DNA of 32,779 nt from Octopus bimaculoides (GCF_001194135.2 NC_068983.1:30103168-30135946), one strand, 5' to 3'; positions 1 through 9,231 are shown, numbered from the stretch's first letter. Made by a program: numbers and translations. The notes: a model not told the origin generated them from the sequence alone.

Positions 1-35
1 TATATATATATGAAATTTTAAATTTAGCTCACAAA

Positions 36-76
36 CCCCCTCAGTAGATCTGTGGACCCCAGGTTGGGAACCACTG
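36..76. mobile_element. Terminal fragment of a hAT(Charlie)-like element
   Basis: Minus strand begins CAGTGGTTCCCAACCTGGGGTCC, resembling hAT-Charlie termini; only one end is visible. Confidence 0.45.
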
Positions 77-793
77 TTCCAGACTATGTAAGCCTAAAAC
101 ACATTGACAATCATACAAAGACTCAATAACAACCTCCACAAAGGATCACTGTTCAAAGTACAAAATGCAAGTGTCAGGACATTGCAACAGTATCACTACT
201 GCTAACCATGTGTGTGTAAATATTGATCTGGTATAGAGCCAAATCAAACTGGTATTGAATACTAAACACATGTACTCCTACCAAATGTGTTGAATGCCTC
301 TTTCTTTCATTTGTTAGCTCACTAATGTATATATGTGCATAGACACACATTTACATGTTCAAATTTTAACTTCCCAAAGCAAATACCCATGCAACAACAG
401 TATTGTCTCTAATGTGCCCTCCACATTAAGTAACCAATGGGGAAAAAAACATCACAGTTACTTAGACCAGTAGGAAGTGTTTTTCCATGCTTGCATACGT
501 TTTCTCCAACAGCATCCTACTACTTGCTGCATTTCTTTGAGATCCAATGCCCAGATTTCCCTTTCTCACAAATCTACTACCTTTTCACCCACCTGTCATT
601 GTTCCCACTAATCCACACTAGCTTATTTCTACCTTGACCAACATTCAGAAGATGAATCCCAGCGTTGTCAGTAAAGGCAATAGCTCTCTGGGTCGTTTCA
701 ATCCCAATTATTATGCGTTCAGACTCCACCCCACAAGCAACATGTTTGATTTACAGGGCCCTAAGGGAAATTAAGTTACAAATGTCTAAACAA

Positions 794-867
794 GCAAAGG
801 TCAGTATATTGTAACAATATCATTACTTTCAGCAACACCGACCAATATAGAATCATCATTCCTTTGC
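794..867 (-). ncRNA. SNORD18: Box C/D snoRNA U18 (SNORD18), copy A (guide variant)
   Basis: Stem and C, D', D boxes intact; guide reads AUUGGUCGGUGUU (C>G at window position 839). Confidence 0.85.
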
Positions 868-1521
868 AAGAGTAATCATATACAAAAGCAGAGGCTTCAA
901 TACTCCAATGACTTAGTTATCAGGCTTATCCGTACCAAAATGAAATTACACAAACCCATAACTGACAAATGAGTTTCCCTTGTCACACACAAGCTGAAAG
1001 AGCTAAACTTCATCACAGTAATAATTCTTGGCTTAGCTGTACTTCCCAGCTCATGCTTGCTTTATTTCTTTAGAGTCTAATGCATGCACATCTCACTCTC
1101 ATGCAAACGTGTAACTGACAAATGAGTTTCCCTCATCACATGCCAGTCCACCAGAGCTAAACTTCATTACAATAATGACTCTTGGCCATACTTGATCCAT
1201 ACACACATTGGGGGCCTCGTTAGATCTAATTACTTTAGTTCTGCTCCAACCCAATTTCTGCCCGATCACATTCAGCTCATCATGCTTGATTACTTTACCG
1301 TCCGATGTGCACACACCCCACTCATGCAAAGGTAACACTTTTACCTAGTTCTAATTCCAATTATGATCTCAGCCTCCCCTACCCCAAATCTGCTGTAATT
1401 TATGCACACAACAACAAATATAGAATCACTGTACCTTGTTGCAGCTAGCACTACAATTTGCTAAAACACAACACTGAATTTGAGGTACTTATAGGGCTCT
1501 AAGATACAAATCTTTATATAA

Positions 1522-1595
1522 GCAAAGGTCAGCATATTGTAACAATATCATTGCTTTCAGCAACACGGACCAATATAGAATCATCATTCCCTTGC
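1522..1595 (-). ncRNA. SNORD18: Box C/D snoRNA U18 (SNORD18), copy B
   Basis: Identical to copy C over the 74 nt by eye; all boxes and guide intact. Confidence 0.92.
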
Positions 1596-2092
1596 ATTAG
1601 TAATTATATACAAAAGCAGAGGCTTTAATACACCAACCACTTAGTTATCAGGCTTATCTATACCAAAATGAAATTACACAAACCCATAACCGACAGATAC
1701 TTTTCCCTTGTCACATGCTAGCGCAAAGAGCTAAACTTCATCACAGTAATATGACTCTTGGCTTAGCTGTACTTCCCAGCTCATTTCTGCCTGATTATGC
1801 TTGCTTTATTTCTTTAGAGTCTGATGTGTGCACACATCTCACTCTCATGCAAAGCTAACAGCTCCCTAGACCATTTATACCTAGTTCTAATTCCAATTAT
1901 GATCTCGGCCTCCCCTATCCCAAATCTGCTGCTGAACCCAAGTAACAATGTATTAGCTTCTACTACAAAAGCTCATGAGGGGGAAGGTAATTTATGCACA
2001 CAACAAATACAGAATCACTGTACTCTGTTGCAGCTAGCACAACACTGAATTTGAGGTACTTATCGGGCTCTAAGATACAAATCTTTATATAA

Positions 2093-2166
2093 GCAAAGGT
2101 CAGCATATTGTAACAATATCATTGCTTTCAGCAACACGGACCAATATAGAATCATCATTCCCTTGC
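2093..2166 (-). ncRNA. SNORD18: Box C/D snoRNA U18 (SNORD18), copy C
   Basis: All boxes and guide intact; terminal stem has one G-U pair. Confidence 0.92.
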
Positions 2167-2740
2167 ATTAGTAATTATATACAAAAGCAGAGGCTTTAAT
2201 ACATCAACCACTTAATTATCAGGCTTATCTATACCAAAATAAAATTACACAAACCTGTAACTGATAAATGAGTTTCCCTCATCACAAACCAGTCCAGAGC
2301 TAAACTTCATTAGAATAATGACTTTTGCTTGGCCATACTTGATCCATACACACATTGGGGGGCTCATTAGATCTAATTACCATACCCCAACTCAATTTCT
2401 GCCTGATCGTAATTGATTACTTTACCATCTGAAGTGCACACACATTAGCATTCAGTGCCCACACCCCACTCATGCAAAGGTAACACCTCTACCTAGTTCT
2501 AATTCCAATTATGATCTCGGCCTCCCCTACCCCAAATCTGTTGCTGATTAATATCCAAGTAACAAAGTATTAGCAACTACTATGAAACCTCATGAGACTG
2601 AAGGTAATTTATGCACACAACAATGAATATAGAATCACCGTACCTTGTTGCAGCTAGCACCACAATTTGCTAAAACACAACACTGAATTTGAGGTACTTA
2701 TAGGGCTCTAAGTGAAATTAAGATACAAATCTTTAAATAA

Positions 2741-2814
2741 GCAAAGGTCAGTATATTGTAACAATATCATTGCTTTCAGCAACACGGACCAATATAGAAT
2801 CATCATTCCTTTGC
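2741..2814 (-). ncRNA. SNORD18: Box C/D snoRNA U18 (SNORD18), copy D
   Basis: GCAAAGGAAUGAUGAUUCUAUAUUGGUCCGUGUUGCUGAAAGCAAUGAUAUUGUUACAAUAUACUGACCUUUGC: stem, C, 12-nt 28S guide, D', C', D all intact. Confidence 0.93.
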
Positions 2815-3377
2815 AAGAGTAATTATATACAAAAGCAGAGGCTTCAATATTCCAAACCACTGAGTTATCAGGCTTATCAGTACCAAAATGAAATTACACA
2901 AACCCGTAACTGTTAAATGATTTTCCCTCATCACATGCTAGCCCATCAAAGAGCAAAACTTCACTACAATAATAACTCCTAGCTTGACCAGACTTGTTTT
3001 TACAATCCAGCTTGCATAGTTCTTCTTTAACAGTATCTTACCATTTACCACATTCCTTTGTGAGACCCAATGCTCAGGTTTCCCCACTTCTCAAATCTAC
3101 TGCACTTTGATCTGCACACACACATTTGGGCCTCATTAAATCTAATAACTTCACCTCCACCCCAACTGATTTCTGGCCTTATTACATTCAGCAGATCATG
3201 CTTGCTCTATTTCTTTACAATTGAGGTTTATTATTTAAGCTTACATTGATTCCCTTGTGGTGTTGTTTTGCATTTATAAATAGAATAAATATATACAAAT
3301 TATAACACACTCAAAACCACCCGCACAGACAGCCTGACTAATGGAGCTCTAACGGAAATTAAGCTACAGATCTTTAA

Positions 3378-3451
3378 GCAAAGGTCAGAATATTGTAACA
3401 CTATCATTGCTTTCAACAACACGGACCAATATAGAATCATCATTCCTTTGC
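3378..3451 (-). ncRNA. SNORD18: Box C/D snoRNA U18 (SNORD18), copy E (D' box variant UUGA)
   Basis: Terminal stem GCAAAGG/CCUUUGC, C box AUGAUGA, guide AUUGGUCCGUGUU complementary to conserved 28S AACACGGACCAA, D' UUGA, D CUGA. Confidence 0.88.
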
Positions 3452-3641
3452 ATAAAAACATACTGAAGGACATTGAAACTGGCACAAACAACAGATCCTT
3501 TGAACCACAACAGCAGCCAAATTCCTTCAAACACTAAATAAAGCAGGGTCAAATATTAAAAATAGTCAGAATGAATCACACCAAGACTCAGAACCCGGTA
3601 CAAGCAAATCAGCAAAAAAAAAACAAAAAACAAAAACATAC

Positions 3642-3725
3642 AGGGGTGATCTCAACACAGACTGAACTTGATGGCTCTTCAAAATTCTTGTCAAATCCGA
3701 ATTGGACATCTTTGGCATTGGGAGA
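3642..3725 (-). CDS. RPL4: RPL4 exon 7
   Basis: tttttcag|T CTC CCA ATG CCA AAG ATG..TCA CCC CT|gtatgt; [28 protein letters not shown]. Confidence 0.93.
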
Positions 3726-4445
3726 CTGAAAAATTAAAACCAACATTCAGACAATGAAGTGTAGATCAATTCAAATGGAATCAATAATAATGATTAAGAA
3801 GAAATAATTTCAATTTATGAATTTGTAATCTTCAATAGCTACATTAAAGGAAGAAATATTCTTCCCATAATGACATTGTAGGATGTGAGGAGTTGGACCT
3901 GGTCGGTGTGAAAATGTATTTTGGCCGGACCCCACAATCTGCAGCACAAATTGAGAAAATAATTCTCAAGTCATACAACACTTACCACCCCCTTATATTA
4001 AGTTTTTGAAATGAATTAAATAGAATTCTTAGCCAAGCAAAATAACACTTTATTCATCACTCAGCCAAGAGAAAGTGTTGGCAGGCTACAGCTAGCAGCC
4101 TCATTTCATCCATCCAATTGACATCAGCAAACATATGATGTATAAAATTTCAGTATTGAAACATACATTGAGTCTTACTTCATTTTTTGTATGTAACAGG
4201 CCATAAAAAGAAAAAAAGAAAAACACAACTGTCTTGTATGTTTATGGCCAGTTAAGACAAAAAGCACCCCTAACCAACCCTGCCCATCAAAAAGTTTACC
4301 AACTTTAAGTCAAGAGGAAGGACACCATGACCAGTAAGGAATTTATCATTAGACTAGCGACCTAGTTGAAAAACCTGCGATGGAATGAACCCTATACCAC
4401 CCCTAAAATATGAATGCTGCCTAACCCTCACCTACAACTACAGTT

Positions 4446-4500
<55 letters not shown>

Positions 4501-7500
4501 AAGAGAGACAGAGACAGAAAGCCTGCCAACAGTACTTACTTGTAATCAACCTTTTCCTTGGATGGAGTTGTCCATGTTCCGTAGATGTTATCAAGCCTCC
4601 TAAAGGCAGACTCTGTCCATATACAGAAACGACCCACATGACCACCAGGGGCAATTTTCCTGAGGTTCAGATGCTTCACATTAAGCGTTGTGATACCTAC
4701 AAAGACAAATCATTATAATATAGAGGTCATGCAATTAGTGATACTAACCAGACGATATTGCTCAGTCAAGTATTACAAAAGAATGAACTCCCCACCACCA
4801 CCACAATATCAACTTTCTTATGCCAGTATGATTGCTTAATGACTTTACACTTACTGCGAAGCACAACCTAATGAGAATAGGCTTTACCATTGCTTTCTGT
4901 AACTCTCAGGCCATTTCCACATATATCAATTGGCATGTCTTTATCAAACACCCACAGGTTCATACAAGTTCAACTTATTCGCCCGCAGAGAAAGCTTCTT
5001 TCACACACTCTAGTGCCACTATCATGCAACATTACACCTCATTTGCAGAAAAAAACTCAAGATAATTAGTTTCCAAGTCAGTGTTAAAGACTTATTAGGG
5101 CCTAGGAAACTATAATGAAAAGACTCCATAACAACTGAACCTGGACAGACACCTACCCTTAAGGTAAATTCTTTGCTGATAATACATCCAGGACATATCA
5201 TTTAATGTCCACCTTCCATGCTAGCATGGGTCGGACGATTTGACTGAGGACTGGTGAACCAGAAGGCTGCACCAGGCTCCAATCTGATCTGGTTCTCACA
5301 ATTCTAGTGATCACCAAAAGGACACCACTGACATGGTTTTGTGAAGAGGAATACTAAATCAGGATATTGAATCAATATCACTACTGTTAAGAACACAAAC
5401 TGAATATAAAATTTCTTTGCAGTAGGAAGAGCCTCTCCAAATACTTAGTAAAGAAGATGCTACTGTATCTTTATTTCAACTCAACATTTCCTGCTCCACA
5501 TAACCATTCAGTTCAACATGCTACATTTACAGAGATAGAGACAAGGCACAGATTACAACTCTTGTAGAATGTCAACTTACCAGGAATGTTACGGAAAGCC
5601 CTCACAATTCCATTGTCCTTCTCATAGATAAGAACTGGTCCTTTACGCATAATCCTACGACGATTTCTCATCTTACCCTTTCCAGCCCTGAAGCGCTTGG
5701 ATTTATAGACCTGAAAGAAAAAGATGAATAAAATAAAAAAGACACTGAAATCAAACTATTTAGCAATACTTGAAATTACTAACAAACTACCGACACAAAG
5801 CAAAAACTAGGATATTATAGTGGTATCATTGCTGTGAAGAACACAGACCGAATATAAAATCATTAACAAACCTTTTCAATGTCACTCCAAGCCTTCAAAC
5901 GCCGCAACAAAGTTACAGCATCCTTAGTCTTCTTGTACTCCTGCACTTTATCAGTGATCACCAACGGAATTTCAGGAACCTCTTGAATTTGATGACCTAA
6001 AACATAAATATGCAAAAATAGCCATTTGAGATAATCCTGTGTCAACAGCACTAAATTCAAGCAAGAATAATGCCCTATCATACCCCATACTTATATAGCA
6101 GATAATCTAAACTAGATTAAGGAAGCAGTAAAAACATATAAGAAAGAAAAAAAAATTCGGCACTATCATGCTATTAGCTGTCAGAAGTGAAAGTGCTCAC
6201 TGCCTGCTAGTGAAGTATCTGTCTGTCTGCCTGCATGCCTGTTGCTGGCCTGTCAAAGAATCGACAGACCAGCAACAGGCATGCAGGCAGATACTTCACT
6301 AGCAGTGAGCACTTTCACTTCTGACAGCATGATAGTGCCAAAAATTCAGCCAGCTGACATGCGCCATGAGACTCAGCCAACACTAAGTACCAAAATTGAA
6401 AAGAAAGAACCCCACCCCACCACCAAAGAACATACTCTTCTATGACGGTTGAGAGAGAAATGGTCATAAAAATGTTCCTTTATGAAGAACTGTAGATGTT
6501 ATTGCAAAGAAACACTGACTATATTTCGCAACCACAAGACCATGAAATCTTCCTTGCACTAACTGACACACACCCCAAATAATATATTACTTAACAAATA
6601 CTCTATTCAAGAAATAGCAATATATCTCAATTATCTGTAGAAAAGGATACGTAACACTTACCCTTCGATTGAACCAAGGAAGTGATACCGCTAGCAGCAA
6701 CAGCAGAACACATAGCGTACCTCTTCTGATTGATGTTTATCTTTCTATGCCAGCGCCTCCAAACTTTGGTAGGAGCGAACATACGACCACCACGACACAT
6801 GTTACCGAATGCACCCTGACCTGATCTGTGAGTACCACCACCGCGTACACGAGGAATACGAGCGACAGCACGACCGGTACCCCAAGACTCAGCAGAAGTC
6901 TGATGACCTGAAAAACAAAACAGATTGAGATATGAAAATCAGTTATAACACAGAACAGATTGGAAGGTAAAACAAGCAATAATAATAATAATAACAACAA
7001 ACCTGCATATTTGGAAACAGCATAAGGATGACGAGAGTTCTTCATCATCTGGTCATGCACAAAGCTGACAATATCAGGCCGAATAGGGGCACTGAAAACA
7101 GCCGGCATTTTCACGTTGGAGGGCGTAGACTCACCCTTATCATTGTAGACCGACACAAGCGGGCGGATTGCCTGAAAAAATATATAATAGATAGCTTACA
7201 ACCAATTCAACAGTAATGATGTGTGTGTGTGTGCGTATATATATAGCTGTAAGGGACGTTTGTCAATTTTCAAAATTATTGGTGCACATTGGGATTAGAC
7301 ACTGAGGGTCGCCAAAAATAAAAAGGTTACAGCCGTTTCCCCTCGGTGTCTAATCCCAATGTGCACCTAATAATTTATTAATTACCTCTCTATTTTCTTA
7401 TATATATACATGCATATATATTAGAGAGACTTCCGAAGTTGTCTCAAGTGTATTAAAATGCAAAATATGTAATTGTTTATAAGCTTTCGCTGGATTTAAT

Positions 7501-8803
7501 AATTTAAACCCGGTGGAAGAGATGAACTTCATGTAGTTTCACTTAATTCAGCGCCCATTCCATTTATCACGTGCCAAGACCGAGATTCATACTCATGGAT
7601 TTATAAAAAGCACTACATAAATTTATAGTTGCAAATCATCATTTGTAGGCATTATATGAATGTGACCCATCGATCATCACATTTCAATCTAAACAGTGAA
7701 CGACGAAGCAGTAACTACAAGAAACGGCAGGCAAATCTTCCTCACCTCACACTCTACCGAGGGGAAAAGAAACCCCGACTCGATAGCATTCCATATATGC
7801 ATGCTGGTTCAAAGATGACAGAGGCACAATTATATAAACCAACGTAACCGTTTTAATTGAAGGCAACACTGATCGATCTTAGCACAACTTTCATATCACT
7901 TACGACTTATCAAAGACAAATCACCATAAACTAAAGCTACCACTACGATAAGCAGTCTAAAAATACTAAACTTAAACCCTCCATATCATAAAACGTTAAG
8001 TTATAATACTAAAGGATTTAAGGTTTTAATTAAAAGCTAAGCATTTTGAAATACGATATCGTACCCTAAAGGTTTATTAGTCTCACATCATCATATTCAA
8101 ACTAAACTATTATCAAATGTCTTCCAGCTATGACAATTCAAGCATTTTCTACATCTAGGCGATTCTATTAAATCTATCCTTGCTTTATTTCAACAAGGTA
8201 GAGAGAGAACGACTTGAAGGTAATCTGTTACTTGAAGTAAGACCAAAGACCGGCTTCAATAAAGTTTGGTTTAAAGTCGTCAAAAGCCTATTTTAAATAC
8301 TAATTAAATTGGATTCTACAACACTTTCAATTATTCTAATTCTTTTTAAAAAGCAAGCGCTTCAACACACATTAACATTCATAAAATAATTCCAATTAAA
8401 TGACACGTGTTACAGAAATTGCATTATTTAGAAGGGGACTAAGTAATTTACTTATGGAATTACTTTCTAAAAAATGATATTGGTAATTGAAATAACATTT
8501 AAATTATAACCTACGTTTCGATCTCAAAGGAATATGAAGAAAATATCAACGTAGACAAAGGCTGAAAAGAAATGTTCCTGCTTCACGTGGGTCTTTCTTG
8601 AGAGTATCGCCATATTGCTGCAGCAAGCGAGGGCAAGAGTGCGACAAATTAACATCAAAAACGGTAAATATTAACGTGATTAGTCGCAAAATTAATAACA
8701 ATTAACGATAGATGTCAACTTTAATGAAATAAAGTAAGTGTGAAATTATTTGGTTGCTTTAAAATTCGATAATATCGACTGAAACACTTACCGCCTTCGA
8801 CAT
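3642..8803 (-). CDS. RPL4: 60S ribosomal protein L4 (uL4), spliced, 3'-partial (exons 1-7; remaining exons left of window)
   Basis: Exons 8792-8803, 7003-7171, 6662-6907, 5872-5996, 5581-5710, 4540-4696, 3642-3725. All introns are GT..AG with consistent phases (0,1,1,0,1,2; exon 7 ends in phase 2). They join to [127 protein letters not shown]. No KKNP-containing next exon was found in 1-3641. Confidence 0.97.
4447..4520. repeat. (GA)n microsatellite in RPL4 intron 6
   Basis: Direct inspection. Confidence 0.95.
4540..4696 (-). CDS. RPL4: RPL4 exon 6
   Basis: [42 protein letters not shown]..; donor gtaagt. Confidence 0.96.
5353..5420 (-). pseudogene. Decayed U18 relic in RPL4 intron 5
   Basis: + strand tcaggatattgaatcaatatcactactgttaagaacacaaactgaatataaaatttctttgc aligns to U18; D box retained, C box and guide degraded. 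Confidence 0.7.
5581..5710 (-). CDS. RPL4: RPL4 exon 5
   Basis: [43 protein letters not shown]; donor gtaagt. Confidence 0.96.
5800..5864 (-). pseudogene. Decayed U18 relic in RPL4 intron 4
   Basis: + strand gcaaaaactaggatattatagtggtatcattgctgtgaagaacacagaccgaatataaaatcatt aligns colinearly to U18; C, D' and D boxes are mutated. Confidence 0.75.
5872..5996 (-). CDS. RPL4: RPL4 exon 4
   Basis: [42 protein letters not shown]. Confidence 0.96.
6159..6339. repeat. Long inverted repeat / hairpin (about 75-bp stem) in RPL4 intron 3
   Basis: Arms 6159-6254 and 6263-6339, loop aaagaatc; the left arm carries three small extra insertions. Confidence 0.9.
6662..6907 (-). CDS. RPL4: RPL4 exon 3
   Basis: [52 protein letters not shown]; donor gtaagt. 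Confidence 0.97.
7003..7171 (-). CDS. RPL4: RPL4 exon 2
   Basis: ttttcag|GCA ATC CGC CCG..TAT GCA G|gt; [17 protein letters not shown]. Confidence 0.95.
7273..7376. repeat. Near-perfect 36-bp hairpin in RPL4 intron 1
   Basis: Arms 7273-7308 and 7340-7376, 31-nt loop, one mismatch and one bulge. Confidence 0.9.
8792..8803 (-). CDS. RPL4: RPL4 exon 1 coding part (MSKA)
   Basis: ATG TCG AAG GCG|gtaagt, just downstream of a pyrimidine TOP tract; phase 0 matches exon 2. Confidence 0.85.
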
Positions 8804-9231
8804 AGCTGGTGACTTGGAGTAGTCCTAATTAGAAAAGAGGAAGACGGGAAGTCATTATAACACACATAGCTCAGCTTAGGTTTTGTATTCATCCGCGCGT
8901 GTCGTAAAAATAAAATTACCGGCTTTATTGAAGGATTTTTAATCGTATAACAAAATATTATATTTTAAAGTTCAAATATTTTATTATTAATTTGAAAAAC
9001 TAAAGTAAATAACGTAAAATTGATTATTTTTGCTACGGTTTATTTTGTTAGCGTAAGTATTTGTGTGTTTAATAGTGACATCATACGGCGAAAATTGAAA
9101 CTACAAACGGGAGATAACTCTTATCGTAAATTTATTTGACCCCCGCCAAATTGTTTTCAAATGACGGGAGTCTCGATGTTGTCAATTGACTTCGATTTGT
9201 ATATTTGAAATATTGTACCATAATCGGAGAA
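8804..9231. promoter_or_regulatory. Bidirectional promoter region shared by RPL4 and TUBGCP4
   Basis: Divergent ATGs at 8803 (-) and 9232 (+). CpG-richer than its surroundings and repeat-free. E2F-like TTTGGCGG on the minus strand at 9143-9150. Confidence 0.7.
8831..8843 (-). promoter_or_regulatory. 5' TOP / TCT-type initiator of RPL4
   Basis: Minus strand CTTCCTCTTTTCT about 30-40 nt upstream of the ATG, as typical for ribosomal protein gene start sites. Confidence 0.75.

Larger units (their letters stand above)
421..3451. repeat. Complex tandem duplication array, units of about 570-730 bp, each carrying one U18
   Basis: U18 starts spaced 728, 571, 648 and 637 bp. Shared modules include tacaaaagcagaggctt..ttatcaggcttatc..accaaaatgaaattacacaaacc and gagctaaacttcat. 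Confidence 0.9.

Noticed and set aside
920-1015. Second C/D-like pair (GUGAUGA ... CUGA) in the array spacer
   Set aside because: No terminal stem, the C-like box is not kept at the same position in all units, and there is no recognisable guide.
2940-3060. Minus-strand reading QRNVVNGKILLKKNYASW resembling the RPL4 exon 8 motif VLKKNPLKN
   Set aside because: Only LKKN matches, there is no phase-2 acceptor, and the homologous block at 470-530 reads LLEKTYAS. Treated as coincidence, not a decayed or real exon.
4150-4205. tcagtattgaaacatacattg, faint resemblance to the U18 3' half in intron 6
   Set aside because: Too short and AT-rich; the guide half would need a large insertion to align.
7548-7642. 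AUGAUGA...CUGA pair 95 nt apart in RPL4 intron 1
   Set aside because: No closing stem and no rRNA or snRNA complementarity that I can recognise; a snoscan run would be needed.
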